This document shows, piece after piece, positions 24,531-39,639 of a stretch of 64,000 nucleotides of DNA. The stretch is from NCBI GenBank assembly GCA_964057225.1, contig OZ059898.1:9920001-9984000 (forward strand), read 5' to 3'. The position numbers and the translations under genes are program-made. This stretch comes from Auanema rhodensis. Taxonomy: Eukaryota > Animalia > Nematoda. Below the pieces are notes generated by a model. It saw only the letters and a program-made list of their open reading frames with translations. It was not told where the DNA came from and ran no database searches. Positions within the stretch are counted from its first letter, which is position 1. Each line of letters starts with the position of its first letter.

Positions 24531-25322
24531 TTCGAAAATGTTAGATTGTTTCCGAAAAATTATGAAAAGTCAAGTTCTACTGATTTGAAGAGAATTGTAA
24601 GTTTTAGAAAAGAATTAAAGTTCAGCTATCTCTACTATTAACTGATTATCGGCTAAAATAAGGTAACAGTTTTTATTGAAAGTTTCCATGATTAAGATTA
24701 AACAAAGAAAAAAAATCAAAGAGAAACACTTCTTGTTTACTTATTTGATTATAATACTTGAAATTCCAAAAACAGTAGAATAAAATAGAGAAAGCGACGA
24801 AAAAAGTTGAACGATTTGAAGAGAATTGTAAGTTTTAGAAAAGAATTAAAGTTCAGCTATCTCTACTATTAACTGATTATCGGCTAAAATAAGGTAACAG
24901 TTTTTATTGAAAGTTTCCATGATTAAGATTAAACAAAGAAAAAAATCAAAGAGAAACACTTCTTGTTTACTTACTTGATTATAATACTTGAAATTCCAAA
25001 AACAGTAAAATAAAATTGAAAAAGCGACAAAAACAGTTGAACTATTTGAAGACAATTGTAAGTTGAAGAATAAAATTAAAGTTTAGCTCTCTCTACTATT
25101 AACTGAATGTCGGCTAAAATATGATAACAGTTTTTATTAAAAGTTTCCATGATTAAGATTAAACAAAGAAAAAAATCAAAGAGAAACACTTCTTGTTTAC
25201 TAATTTGATTATAACACTTGAAATTCCAACAAAAGTAAAATAAAACTGTGAAAGCGGGTAAAACTGTTGAACTAAAACAGTCTTTATAAAATATAAATGA
25301 TATATTTTTATAAAAGTGAAGT

Positions 25323-25393
25323 TGAATCGGCCGGGAATCGAACCCGGGTCGCCCGCGTGGCAGGCGAGCATTCTACCACTGAACCACCGATGC
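25323..25393 (-). tRNA. tRNA-Gly(GCC), variant D (G71U)
   Basis: 3' end CCGATTCA. Confidence 0.75.
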
Positions 25394-26182
25394 TTCGAAA
25401 ATGTTAGATTGTTTCCGAAAAATTATGAAAAGTCAAGTTCTACTGATTTGAAGAGAATTGTAAGTTTTAGAAAATAATTAAAAATTAGTTCTCTCTACTA
25501 TTAACTGATTGTCGGCTAAAATATGGTAACAGTTTTTATAAAAAGTTTCCATGATTAGGATTAAACAAAAAAAAGAATTAAAGAGAAACAATTTTTGTTT
25601 ACTTATTTGATTATAATACTTGAAATTCCAAAAACAGTAGAATAAAATTGAGAAATCGACAAAAACAGTTGAACGATTTGAAGAGAATTGTAAGTTTTAG
25701 AAAAGAATTAAAGTTCAGCTATCTCTACTATTAACTGACTATCGGCTAGAATAAGGTAACAGTTTTTATTGAAAGTTTCCATGATTAAGATTGAACAAAA
25801 AAAAATTAGAGAGAAACACTTCTTGTTTACTTACTTGATTATAATACTTGAAATTCCAAAAACAGTAAAATAAAATTGAAAAAGCGACAAAAACAGTTGA
25901 ACTATTTGAAGACAATTGTAAGTTGAAGAATAAAATTAAAGTTTAGCTCTCTCTACTATTAACTGAATGTCGGCTAAAATATGATAACAGTTTTTATTAA
26001 AAGTTTCCATGATTAAGATTAAACAAAGAAAAAAATCAAAGAGAAACACTTCTTGTTTACTAATTTGATTATAACACTTGAAATTCCAACAAAAGTAAAA
26101 TAAAACTGTGAAAGCGGGTAAAACTGTTGAACTAAAACAGTCTTTATAAAATATAAATGATATATTTTTATAAAAGTGAAGT

Positions 26183-26253
26183 TGAATCGGCCGGGAATCG
26201 AACCCGGGTCGCCCGCGTGGCAGGCGAGCATTCTACCACTGAACCACCGATGC
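26183..26253 (-). tRNA. tRNA-Gly(GCC), variant D (G71U)
   Basis: 3' end CCGATTCA. Confidence 0.75.
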
Positions 26254-27276
26254 TTCGAAAATGTTAGATTGTTTCCGAAAAATTATGAAAAGTCAAGTTC
26301 TACTGATTTGAAGAGAATTGTAAGTTTTAGAAAATAATTAAAAATTAGTTCTCTCTACTATTAACTGATTGTCGGCTAAAATATGGTAACAGTTTTTATA
26401 AAAAGTTTCCATGATTAGGATTAAACAAAAAAAAGAATTAAAGAGAAACAATTTTTGTTTACTTATTTGATTATAATACTTGAAATTCCAAAAACAGTAG
26501 AATAAAATTGAGAAATCGACAAAAACAGTTGAACGATTTGAAGAGAATTGTAAGTTTTAGAAAAGAATTAAAGTTCAGCTATCTCTACTATTAACTGACT
26601 ATCGGCTAGAATAAGGTAACAGTTTTTATTGAAAGTTTCCATGATTAAGATTGAACAAAAAAAAATTAGAGAGAAACACTTCTTGTTTACTTACTTGATT
26701 ATAATACTTGAAATTCCAAAAACAGTAAAATAAAATTGAGAAAGCGACAAAAACAGTTGAACGATTTGAAGACAATTGTAAGTTTAAGAAAAGAATTAAA
26801 GTTTAGCTTTGTCTACTATTAACTGATTATCGGCTGAAATATGGTGACAGTTTTTTTTTAAAAGTTTCCATGATTAAGATTAAACAAAGAAAAAAAAATC
26901 AAAGAGAAACACTTCTTGTTTACTAATTTGATTATAACACTTGAAATTCCAACAAAAGTAAAGTAAAACTGTTAAAGCGAGTAAAACTGTTGAACAATTT
27001 GAAGACAATTGTAAGTTGAAAAAAAAAATTAAAGTTTAGCTCTCTCTACTATTAACTGAATGTCGGCTAAAATATGATAACAGTTTTTATTAAAAGTTTC
27101 CATGATTAAAATTAAACAAAGAAAAAAAATCAAAGAGAAACACTTCTTGTTTACTAATTTGATTATAACACTTGAAATTCCAACAAAAGTAAAATAAAAC
27201 TGTGAAAGCGGGTAAAACTGTTGAACTGAAACAGTCTTTATAAAATATAAATGATATTTTTTTATAAAAGTGAAGT

Positions 27277-27347
27277 TGCATCGGCCGGGAATCGAACCCG
27301 GGTCGCCCGCGTGGCAGGCGAGCATTCTACCACTGAACCACCGATGC
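27277..27347 (-). tRNA. tRNA-Gly(GCC)
   Basis: Canonical copy. Confidence 0.95.
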
Positions 27348-28370
27348 TTCGAAAATGTTAGATTGTTTCCGAAAAATTATGAAAAGTCAAGTTCTACTGA
27401 TTTGAAGAGAATTGTTAGTTTTAGAAAATAATTAAAAATAAGTTCTCTCTACTATTAACTGATTGTCGGCTAAAATATGGTAACAGTTTTTATAAAAAGT
27501 TTCCATGATTAGGATTAAACAAAAAAAAGAATTAAAAAGAAACACTTCTTGTTTACTTACTTGATTATACTACTTGAAATTCGAAAAAAAGTAAAAAACA
27601 ATTGAGAAAGCGACATAAACAGTTGAACGATTTGAAGAGAATTGTAAGTTTAAGAAAAGAATTAAAGTTTAGCTTTGTCTACTATTAACTGATTATCGGC
27701 TGAAATATGGTGACAGTTTTTTATTAAAAGTTTCCATGATTAAGATTAAACAAAGAAAAAAAATCAAAGAAAAACACTTCTTGTTTACTTATTTGATTAT
27801 AACACTTGAAATTCCAACAAAAGTAAAGTAAAACTGTTAAAGCGAGTAAAACTGTTGAACGATTTGAAGACAATTGTAAGTTGAAGAAAAAAATTAAAGT
27901 TTAGCTCTCTCTACTATTAACTGAATGTCGGCTGAAATAAGGTAACAGTTTTTATTAAAAGTTTCCATGATTTAGATTAAACAAAGAAAAAAATCAAAGA
28001 GAAACACTTCTTGTTTACTAATTTGATTATAACACTTGAAATTCCAACAAAAGTAAAATAAAATTGAAAAAGCGACAAAAACAGTTGAACGATTTGAAGA
28101 CAATTGTAAGTTGAAGAATAAAATTAAAGTTTAGCTCTCTCTACTATTAACTGAATGTCGGCTAAAATATGGTAACAGTTTTTATTAAAAGTTTCCATGA
28201 TTAAGATTAAACAAAGAAAAAAATCAAAGAGAAACACTTCTTGTTTACTAATTTTATTATAACACTTGAAATTCCAACAAAAGTAAAATAAAACTGTGAA
28301 AGCGGGTAAAACTGTTGAACTAAAACAGTCTTTATAAAATATAAATGATATATTTTTATAAAAGTAAAGT

Positions 28371-28441
28371 TGCATCGGCCGGGAATCGAACCCGGGTCGC
28401 CCGCGTGGCAGGCGAGCATTCTACCACTGAACCACCGATGC
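28371..28441 (-). tRNA. tRNA-Gly(GCC)
   Basis: Canonical copy. Confidence 0.95.
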
Positions 28442-29465
28442 TTCGAAAATGTTAGATTGTTTCCGAAAAATTATGAAAAGTCAAGTTCTACTGATTTGAA
28501 GAGAATTGTAAGTTTTAGAAAATAATTAAAAATTAGTTCTCTCTACTATTAACTGATTGTCGGCTAAAATATGGTAACAGTTTTTATAAAAAGTTTCCAT
28601 GATTAGGATTAAACAAAAAAAAGAATTAAAGAGAAACAATTTTTGTTTACTTATTTGATTATAATACTTGAAATTCCAAAAACAGTAGAATAAAATTGAG
28701 AAATCGACAAAAACAGTTGAACGATTTGAAGAGAATTGTAAGTTTTAGAAAAGAATTAAAGTTCAGCTATCTCTATTATTAACTGACTATCGGCTAGAAT
28801 AAGGTAACAGTTTTTATTGAAAGTTTCCATGATTAAGATTGAACAAAAAAAAAATTAGAGAGAAACACTTCTTGTTTACTTACTTGATTATAATACTTGA
28901 AATTCCAAAAACAGTAAAATAAAATTGAGAAAGCGACAAAAACAGTTGAACGATTTGAAGACAATTGTAAGTTTAAGAAAAGAATTAAAGTTTAGCTTTG
29001 TCTACTATTAACTGATTATCGGCTGAAATATGGTGACAGTTTTTTTTTAAAAGTTTCCATGATTAAGATTAAACAAAGAAAAAAAAATCAAAGAGAAACA
29101 CTTCTTGTTTACTAATTTGATTATAACACTTGAAATTCCAACAAAAGTAAAGTAAAACTGTTAAAGCGAGTAAAACTGTTGAACAATTTGTAGACAATTG
29201 TAAGTTGAAAAAAAAAATTAAAGTTTAGCTCTCTCTACTATTAACTGAATGTCGGCTAAAATATGATAACAGTTTTTATTAAAAGTTTCCATGATTAAAA
29301 TTAAACAAAGAAAAAAAATCAAAGAGAAACACTTCTTGTTTACTAATTTGATTATAACACTTGAAATTCCAACAAAAGTAAAATAAAACTGTGAAAGCGG
29401 GTAAAACTGTTGAACTGAAACAGTCTTTATAAAATATAAATGATATTTTTTTATAAAAGTGAAGT

Positions 29466-29536
29466 TGCATCGGCCGGGAATCGAACCCGGGTCGCCCGCG
29501 TGGCAGGCGAGCATTCTACCAATGAACCACCGATGC
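29466..29536 (-). tRNA. tRNA-Gly(GCC), variant E (G15U)
   Basis: D-arm reads GGTTCATTGGTAG. Confidence 0.8.
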
Positions 29537-30559
29537 TTCGAAAATGTTAGATTGTTTCCGAAAAATTATGAAAAGTCAAGTTCTACTGATTTGAAGAGAA
29601 TTGTTAGTTTTAGAAAATAATTAAAAATAAGTTCTCTCTACTATTAACTGATTGTCGGCTAAAATATGGTAACAGTTTTTATAAAAAGTTTCCATGATTA
29701 GGATTAAACAAAAAAAAGAATTAAAAAGAAACACTTCTTGTTTACTTACTTGATTATACTACTTGAAATTCGAAAAAAAGTAAAAAACAATTGAGAAAGC
29801 GACATAAACAGTTGAACGATTTGAAGAGAATTGTAAGTTTAAGAAAAGAATTAAAGTTTAGCTTTGTCTACTATTAACTGATTATCGGCTGAAATATGGT
29901 GACAGTTTTTTATTAAAAGTTTCCATGATTAAGATTAAACAAAGAAAAAAAATCAAAGAAAAACACTTCTTGTTTACTTATTTGATTATAACACTTGAAA
30001 TTCCAACAAAAGTAAAGTAAAACTGTTAAAGCGAGTAAAACTGTTGAACGATTTGAAGACAATTGTAAGTTGAAGAAAAAAATTAAAGTTTAGCTCTCTC
30101 TACTATTAACTGAATGTCGGCTGAAATAAGGTAACAGTTTTTATTAAAAGTTTCCATGATTTAGATTAAACAAAGAAAAAAATCAAAGAGAAACACTTCT
30201 TGTTTACTAATTTGATTATAACACTTGAAATTCCAACAAAAGTAAAATAAAATTGAAAAAGCGACAAAAACAGTTGAACGATTTGAAGACAATTGTAAGT
30301 TGAAGAATAAAATTAAAGTTTAGCTCTCCCTACTATTAACTGAATGTCGGCTAAAATATGGTAACAGTTTTTATTAAAAGTTTCCATGATTAAGATTAAA
30401 CAAAGAAAAAAATCAAAGAGAAACACTTCTTGTTTACTAATTTTATTATAACACTTGAAATTCCAACAAAAGTAAAATAAAACTGTGAAAGCGGGTAAAA
30501 CTGTTGAACTAAAACAGTCTTTATAAAATATAAATGATATATTTTTATAAAAGTAAAGT

Positions 30560-30630
30560 TGCATCGGCCGGGAATCGAACCCGGGTCGCCCGCGTGGCAG
30601 GCGAGCATTCTACCACTGAACCACCGATGC
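30560..30630 (-). tRNA. tRNA-Gly(GCC)
   Basis: Canonical copy. Confidence 0.95.
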
Positions 30631-31424
30631 TTCGAAAATGTTAGATTGTTTCCGAAAAATTATGAAAAGTCAAGTTCTACTGATTTGAAGAGAATTGTAA
30701 ATTTTAGAAAAGAATTAAAGTTCAGCTATCTCTACTATTAACTGATTATCGGCTAAAATAAGGTAACAGTTTTTATTGAAAGTTTCCATGATTAAGATTA
30801 AACAAAGAAAAAAATCAAAGAGAAACACTTCTTGTTTACTTACTTGATTATAATACTTGAAATTCCAAAAACACTAGAATAAAATAGAGAAAACGACGAA
30901 AAAAGTTGAACGATTTGAAGAGAATTGTAAGTTTAAGAAAAGAATTAAAGTTTAGCTTTGTCTACTATTAACTGATTATCGGCTGAAATATGGTGACAGT
31001 TTTTTATTAAAAGTTTCCATGATTAAGATTAAACAAAGAAAAAAAATCAAAGAGAAACACTTCTTGTTTACTTATTTGATTATAACACTTGAAATTCCAA
31101 CAAAAGTAAAGTAAAACTGTTAAAGCGAGTAAAACTGTTGAACGATTTGAAGACAATTGTAAGTTGAAGAATAAAATTAAAGTTTAGCTCTCTCTACTAT
31201 TAACTGAATGTCGGCTGAAATAAGGTAACAGTTTTTATTAAAAGTTTCCATGATTTAGATTAAACAAAGAAAAAAAATCAAAGAGAAACACTTCTTGTTT
31301 ACTAATTTGATTATAACACTTGAAAATCCAACAAAAGTAAAATAAAACTGTGAAAGCGGGTAAAACTGTTGAACTAAAAGAGTCTTTATAAAATATAAAT
31401 GATATATTTTTATAAAAGTAAAGT

Positions 31425-31495
31425 TGCATCGGCCGGGAATCGAACCCGGGTCGCCCGCGTGGCAGGCGAGCATTCTACCACTGAACCACCGATGC
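31425..31495 (-). tRNA. tRNA-Gly(GCC)
   Basis: Canonical copy. Confidence 0.95.
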
Positions 31496-32981
31496 TTCGA
31501 AAATGTTAGATTGTTTCCGAAAAATTATGAAAAGTCAAGTTCTACTGATTTGAAGAGAATTGTAAATTTTAGAAAAGAATTAAAGTTCAGCTATCTCTAC
31601 TATTAACTGATTATCGGCTAAAATAAGGTAACAGTTTTTATTGAAAGTTTCCATGATTAAGATTAAACAAAGAAAAAAATCAAAGAGAAACACTTCTTGT
31701 TTACTTACTTGATTATAATACTTGAAATTCCAAAAACAGTAGAATAAAATAGAGAAAACGACGAAAAAAGTTGAACGATTTGAAGAGAATTGTAAGTTTA
31801 AGAAAAGAATTAAAGTTTAGCTTTGTCTACTATTAACTGATTATCGGCTGAAATATGGTGACAGTTTTTTATTAAAAGTTTCCATGATTAAGATTAAACA
31901 AAGAAAAAAAATCAAAGAGAAACACTTCTTGTTTACTTATTTGATTATAACACTTGAAATTCCAACAAAAGTAAAATAAAATTGAAAAAGCGACAAAAAC
32001 AGTTGAACTATTTGAAGACAATTGTAAGTTGAAGAATAAAATTAAAGTTTAGCTCTCTCTACTATTAACTGAATGTCGGCTGAAATAAGGTAACAGTTTT
32101 TATTAAAAGTTTCCATGATTAAGATTAAACAAAGAAAAAAATCAAAGAGAAACAATTTTTGTTTACTTATTTGATTATAATACTTGAAATTCCAAAAACA
32201 GTAGAATAAAATTGAGAAATCGACAAAAACAGTTGAACGATTTGAAGAGAATTGTAAGTTTTAGAAAAGAATTAAAGTTCAGCTATCTCTACTATTAACT
32301 GACTATCGGCTAGAATAAGGTAACAGTTTTTATTGAAAGTTTCCATGATTAAGATTGAACAAAAAAAAAATTAGAGAGAAACACTTCTTGTTTACTTACT
32401 TGATTATAATACTTGAAATTCCAAAAACAGTAAAATAAAATTGAGAAAGCGACAAAAACAGTTGAACGATTTGAAGACAATTGTAAGTTTAAGAAAAGAA
32501 TTAAAGTTTAGCTTTGTCTACTATTAACTGATTATCGGCTGAAATATGGTGACAGTTTTTTTTTAAAAGTTTCCATGATTAAGATTAAACAAAGAAAAAA
32601 AAATCAAAGAGAAACACTTCTTGTTTACTAATTTGATTATAACACTTGAAATTCCAACAAAAGTAAAGTAAAACTGTTAAAGCGAGTAAAACTGTTGAAC
32701 AATTTGAAGACAATTGTAAGTTGAAAAAAAAAATTAAAGTTTAGCTCTCTCTACTATTAACTGAATGTCGGCTAAAATATGATAACAGTTTTTATTAAAA
32801 GTTTCCATGATTAAGATTAAACAAAGAAAAAAAATCAAAGAGAAACACTTCTTGTTTACTAATTTGATTATAACACTTGAAATTCCAACAAAAGTAAAAT
32901 AAAACTGTGAAAGCGGGTAAAACTGTTGAACTAAAACAGTCTTTATAAAATATAAATGATATTTTTTTATAAAAGTGAAGT

Positions 32982-33052
32982 TGCATCGGCCGGGAATCGA
33001 ACCCGGGTCGCCCGCGTGGCAGGCGAGCATTCTACCACTGAACCACCGATGC
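32982..33052 (-). tRNA. tRNA-Gly(GCC)
   Basis: Canonical copy. Confidence 0.95.
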
Positions 33053-33846
33053 TTCGAAAATGTTAGATTGTTTCCGAAAAATTATGAAAAGTCAAGTTCT
33101 ACTGATTTGAAGAGAATTGTTAGTTTTAGAAAATAATTAAAAATAAGTTCTCTCTACTATTAACTGATTGTCGGCTAAAATATGGTAACAGTTTTTATAA
33201 AAAGTTTCCATGATTAGGATTAAACAAAAAAAAGAATTAAAAAGAAACACTTCTTGTTTACTTACTTGATTATACTACTTGAAATTCGAAAAAAAGTAAA
33301 AAACAATTGAGAAAGCGACATAAACAGTTGAACGATTTGAAGAGAATTGTAAGTTTAAGAAAAGAATTAAAGTTTAGCTTTGTCTACTATTAACTGATTA
33401 TCGGCTGAAATATGGTGACAGTTTTTTATTAAAAGTTTCCATGATTAAGATTAAACAAAGAAAAAAAATCAAAGAAAAACACTTCTTGTTTACTTATTTG
33501 ATTATAACACTTGAAATTCCAACAAAAGTAAAGTAAAACTGTTAAAGCGAGTAAAACTGTTGAACGATTTGAAGACAATTGTAAGTTGAAGAAAAAAATT
33601 AAAGTTTAGCTCTCTCTACTATTAACTGAATGTCGGCTGAAATAAGGTAACAGTTTTTATTAAAAGTTTCCATGATTTAGATTAAACAAAGAAAAAAAAT
33701 CAAAGAGAAACACTTCTTGTTTACTAATTTGATTATAACACTTGAAAATCCAACAAAAGTAAAATAAAACTGTGAAAGCGGGTAAAACTGTTGAACTAAA
33801 ACAGTCTTTATAAAATATAAATGATATATTTTTATAAAAGTAAAGT

Positions 33847-33917
33847 TGCATCGGCCGGGAATCGAACCCGGGTCGCCCGCGTGGCAGGCGAGCATTCTAC
33901 CACTGAACCACCGATGC
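33847..33917 (-). tRNA. tRNA-Gly(GCC)
   Basis: Canonical copy. Confidence 0.95.
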
Positions 33918-35176
33918 TTCGAAAATGTTAGATTGTTTCCGAAAAATTATGAAAAGTCAAGTTCTACTGATTTGAAGAGAATTGTAAATTTTAGAAAAGA
34001 ATTAAAGTTCAGCTATCTCTACTATTAACTGATTATCGGCTAAAATAAGGTAACAGTTTTTATTGAAAGTTTCCATGATTAAGATTAAACAAAGAAAAAA
34101 ATCAAAGAGAAACACTTCTTGTTTACTTACTTGATTATAATACTTGAAATTCCAAAAACAGTAGAATAAAATAGAGAAAACGACGAAAAAAGTTGAACGA
34201 TTTGAAGAGAATTGTAAGTTTAAGAAAAGAATTAAAGTTTAGCTTTGTCTACTATTAACTGATTATCGGCTGAAATATGTTGACAGTTTTTTATTAAAAG
34301 TTTCCATGATTAAGATTAAACAAAGAAAAAAAATCAAAGAGAAACACTTCTTGTTTACTTATTTGATTATAACACTTGAAATTCCAACAAAAGTAAAATA
34401 AAATTGAAAAAGCGACAAAAACAGTTGAACTATTTGAAGACAATTGTAAGTTGAAGAATAAAATTAAAGTTTAGCTCTCTCTTCTATTAACTGAATGTCG
34501 GCTGAAATAAGGTAACAGTTTTTATTAAAAGTTTCCATGATTAAGATTAAACAAAGAAAAAAAATCAAAGAGAAACACTTCTTGTTTACTTATTTGATTA
34601 TAATACTTGAAATTCCAAAAACAGTAGAATAAAATAGAGAAAGAGACGAAAAAAGTTGAACGATTTGAAGAGAATTGTAAGTTTAAGAAAAGATTTAAAG
34701 TTTAGCTTTGTCTACTATTAACTGATTATCGGCTGAATAATGGTGACAGTTTTTTATTAAAAGTTTCCATGATTAAAATTAAACAAAGAAAAAAAAATCA
34801 AAGAGAAACACTTCTTGTTTACTTACTTGATTATAATACTTGAAATTCCAAAAACAGTAAAATAAAACTGTTAAAGCGAGTAAAACTGTTGAACGATTTG
34901 AAGACAATTGTAAGTTGAAGAAAAAAATTAAAGTTTAGCTCTCTCTACTATTTAATGATTGTCGGCTAAAATATGGTAACAGTTTTTATTAAAAGTTTCC
35001 ATGATTAAGATTGAACAAAGAAAAAAAAATCAAAGAGAAACACTTCTTGTTTACTAATTTGATTATAACACTTGAAAATCCAACAAAAGTAAAATAAAAC
35101 TGTAAAAGCGAGTAAAACTGTTGAAATAAAACAGTTTTTATTAAATATAAATGATATTTTTTTATAAAAATGAAGT

Positions 35177-35247
35177 TGCATCGGCCGGGAATCGAACCCG
35201 GGTCGCCCGCGTGGCAGGCGAGCATTCTACCACTGAACCACCGATGC
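35177..35247 (-). tRNA. tRNA-Gly(GCC)
   Basis: Canonical copy. Confidence 0.95.
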
Positions 35248-36505
35248 TTCGAAAATGTTAGATTGTTTCCGAAAAATTATGAAAAGTCAAGTTCTACTGA
35301 TTTGAAGAGAATTGTAAGTTTTAGAAAAGAATTAAAGTTCAGCTATCTCTACTATTAACTGATTATCGGCTAAAATAAGGTAACAGTTTTTATTGAAAGT
35401 TTCCATGATTAAGATTAAACAAAGAAAAAAAATCAAAGAGAAACACTTCTTGTTTACTTATTTGATTATAATACTTGAAATTCCAAAAACAGTAGAATAA
35501 AATAGAGAAAGCGACGAAAAAAGTTGAACGATTTGAAGAGAATTGTAAGTTTTAGAAAAGAATTAAAGTTCAGCTATCTCTACTATTAACTGATTATCGG
35601 CTAAAATAAGGTAACAGTTTTTATTGAAAGTTTCCATGATTAAGATTAAACAAAGAAAAAAAATCAAAGAGAAACACTTCTTGTTTACTTACTTGATTAT
35701 AATACTTGAAATTCCAAAAACAGTAAAATAAAATTGAAAAAGCGACAAAAACAGTTGAACTATTTGAACACAATTGTAAGTTGAAGAATAAAATTAAAGT
35801 TTAGCTCTCTCTACTATCAACTGAATGTCGGCTAAAATATGGTAACAGTTTTTATTAAAAGTTTCCATGATTAAGATTAAACAAAGAAAAAAAAATCAAA
35901 GAGAAACACTTCTTGTTTACTAATTTGATTATAACACTTGAAATCCAACAAAAGTAAAATAAAACTGTGAAAGCGGGTAAAACTGTTGAACGATTTGAAG
36001 AGAATTGTAAGTTTTAGAAAAGAATTAAAGTTTAGCTTTGTCTACTATTTAATGATTATCGGCTGAAATATGGTGACAGTTTTTTTTTAAAAGTTTCCAT
36101 GATTAAGATTAATCAAAGAAAAAAAAATCAAAGAGAAACACTTCTTGTTTACTAATTTGATTATAACACTTGAAATTCCAACAAAAGTAAAGTAAAACTG
36201 TTAAAGCGAGTAAAACTGTTGAACAATTTGAAGACAATTGTAAGTTGAAGAATAAAATTAAAGTTTAGCTCTCTCTACTATTAACTGAATGTCGGCTAAA
36301 ATATGGTAACAGTTTTTATTAAAAGTTTCCATGATTAAGATTAAACAAAGAAAAAAAATCAAAGAGAAACACTTCTTGTTTACTAATTTGATTATAACAC
36401 TTGAAATTCCAACAAAAGTAAAATAAAACTGTGAAAGCGGGTAAAACTGTTGAAATAAAACAGTCTTTATAAAATATAAATGATATTTTTTTATAAAAGT
36501 GAAGT

Positions 36506-36576
36506 TGCATCGGCCGGGAATCGAACCCGGGTCGCCCGCGTGGCAGGCGAGCATTCTACCACTGAACCACCGATGC
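36506..36576 (-). tRNA. tRNA-Gly(GCC)
   Basis: Canonical copy. Confidence 0.95.
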
Positions 36577-37372
36577 TTCGAAAATGTTAGATTGTTTCCG
36601 AAAAATTATGAAAAGTCAAGTTCTACTGATTTGAAGAAAATTGTAAGTTTTAGAAAAGAATTGAAGTTCAGCTATCTCTACTATTAACTGATTATCGGCT
36701 AAAATAAGGTAACAGTTTTTATTAAAAGTTTCCATGATTAAGATTAAACAAAGAAAAAAAAATCAAAGAGAAACACTTCTTGTTTACTAATTTGATTATA
36801 ACACTTGAAATCCAACAAAAGTAAAATAAAACTGTGAAAGCGGGTAAAACTGTTGAACGATTTGAAGAGAATTGTAAGTTTTAGAAAAGAATTAAAGTTT
36901 AGCTTTGTCTACTATTTAATGATTATCGGCTGAAATATGGTGACAGTTTTTTTTTAAAAGTTTCCATGATTAAGATTAATCAAAGAAAAAAAAATCAAAG
37001 AGAAACACTTCTTGTTTACTAATTTGATTATAACACTTGAAATTCCAACAAAAGTAAAGTAAAACTGTTAAAGCGAGTAAAACTGTTGAACAATTTGAAG
37101 ACAATTGTAAGTTGAAGAATAAAATTAAAGTTTAGCTCTCTCTACTATTAACTGAATGTCGGCTAAAATATGGTAACAGTTTTTATTAAAAGTTTCCATG
37201 ATTAAGATTAAACAAAGAAAAAAAATCAAAGAGAAACACTTCTTGTTTACTAATTTGATTATAACACTTGAAATTCCAACAAATGTAAAATAAAACTGTG
37301 AAAGCGGGTAAAACTGTTGAAATAAAACAGTCTTTATGAAATATAAATGATATTTTTTTATAAAAGTGAAGT

Positions 37373-37443
37373 TGCATCGGCCGGGAATCGAACCCGGGTC
37401 GCCCGCGTGGCAGGCGAGCATTCTACCACTGAACCACCGATGC
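37373..37443 (-). tRNA. tRNA-Gly(GCC)
   Basis: Canonical copy. Confidence 0.95.
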
Positions 37444-38701
37444 TTCGAAAATGTTAGATTGTTTCCGAAAAATTATGAAAAGTCAAGTTCTACTGATTTG
37501 AAGAGAATTGTAAATTTTAGAAAAGAATTAAAGTTCAGCTATCTCTACTATTAACTGATTATCGGCTAAAATAAGGTAACAGTTTTTATTGAAAGTTTCC
37601 ATGATTAAGATTAAACAAAGAAAAAAAATCAAAGAGAAACACTTCTTGTTTACTTATTTGATTATAATACTTGAAATTCCAAAAACAGTAGAATAAAATA
37701 GAGAAAGCGACGAAAAAAGTTGAACGATTTGAAGAGAATTGTAAGTTTTAGAAAAGAATTAAAGTTCAGCTATCTCTACTATTAACTGATTATCGGCTAA
37801 AATAAGGTAACAGTTTTTATTGAAAGTTTCCATGATTAAGATTAAACAAAGAAAAAAAATCAAAGAGAAACACTTCTTGTTTACTTACTTGATTATAATA
37901 CTTGAAATTCCAAAAACAGTAAAATAAAATTGAAAAAGCGACAAAAACAGTTGAACTATTTGAACACAATTGTAAGTTGAAGAATAAAATTAAAGTTTAG
38001 CTCTCTCTACTATCAACTGAATGTCGGCTAAAATATGGTAACAGTTTTTATTAAAAGTTTCCATGATTAAGATTAAACAAAGAAAAAAAAATCAAAGAGA
38101 AACACTTCTTGTTTACTAATTTGATTATAACACTTGAAATCCAACAAAAGTAAAATAAAACTGTGAAAGCGGGTAAAACTGTTGAACGATTTGAAGAGAA
38201 TTGTAAGTTTTAGAAAAGAATTAAAGTTTAGCTTTGTCTACTATTTAATGATTATCGGCTGAAATATGGTGACAGTTTTTTTTTAAAAGTTTCCATGATT
38301 AAGATTAATCAAAGAAAAAAAAATCAAAGAGAAACACTTCTTGTTTACTAATTTGATTATAACACTTGAAATTCCAACAAAAGTAAAGTAAAACTGTTAA
38401 AGCGAGTAAAACTGTTGAACAATTTGAAGACAATTGTAAGTTGAAGAATAAAATTAAAGTTTAGCTCTCTCTACTATTAACTGAATGTCGGCTAAAATAT
38501 GGTAACAGTTTTTATTTAAAGTTTCCATGATTAAGATTAAACAAAGAAAAAAAATCAAAGAGAAACACTTCTTGTTTACTAATTTGATTATAACACTTGA
38601 AATTCCAACAAAAGTAAAATAAAACTGTGAAAGCGGGTAAAACTGTTGAAATAAAACAGTCTTTATAAAATATAAATGATATTTTTTTATAAAAATGAAG
38701 T

Positions 38702-38772
38702 TGCATCGGCCGGGAATCGAACCCGGGTCGCCCGCGTGGCAGGCGAGCATTCTACCACTGAACCACCGATGC
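38702..38772 (-). tRNA. tRNA-Gly(GCC)
   Basis: Canonical copy. Confidence 0.95.
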
Positions 38773-39568
38773 TTCGAAAATGTTAGATTGTTTCCGAAAA
38801 ATTATGAAAAGTCAAGTTCTACTGATTTGAAGAAAATTGTAAGTTTTAGAAAAGAATTGAAGTTCAGCTATCTCTACTATTAACTGATTATCGGCTAAAA
38901 TAAGGTAACAGTTTTTATTAAAAGTTTCCATGATTAAGATTAAACAAAGAAAAAAAAATCAAAGAGAAACACTTCTTGTTTACTAATTTGATTATAACAC
39001 TTGAAATCCAACAAAAGTAAAATAAAACTGTGAAAGCGGGTAAAACTGTTGAACGATTTGAAGAGAATTGTAAGTTTTAGAAAAGAATTAAAGTTTAGCT
39101 TTGTCTACTATTTAATGATTATCGGCTGAAATATGGTGACAGTTTTTTTTTAAAAGTTTCCATGATTAAGATTAATCAAAGAAAAAAAAATCAAAGAGAA
39201 ACACTTCTTGTTTACTAATTTGATTATAACACTTGAAATTCCAACAAAAGTAAAGTAAAACTGTTAAAGCGAGTAAAACTGTTGAACAATTTGAAGACAA
39301 TTGTAAGTTGAAGAATAAAATTAAAGTTTAGCTCTCTCTACTATTAACTGAATGTCGGCTAAAATATGGTAACAGTTTTTATTAAAAGTTTCCATGATTA
39401 AGATTAAACAAAGAAAAAAAATCAAAGAGAAACACTTCTTGTTTACTAATTTGATTATAACACTTGAAATTCCAACAAATGTAAAATAAAACTGTGAAAG
39501 CGGGTAAAACTGTTGAAATAAAACAGTCTTTATGAAATATAAATGATATTTTTTTATAAAAGTGAAGT

Positions 39569-39639
39569 TGCATCGGCCGGGAATCGAACCCGGGTCGCCC
39601 GCGTGGCAGGCGAGCATTCTACCACTGAACCACCGATGC
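39569..39639 (-). tRNA. tRNA-Gly(GCC)
   Basis: Canonical copy. Confidence 0.95.
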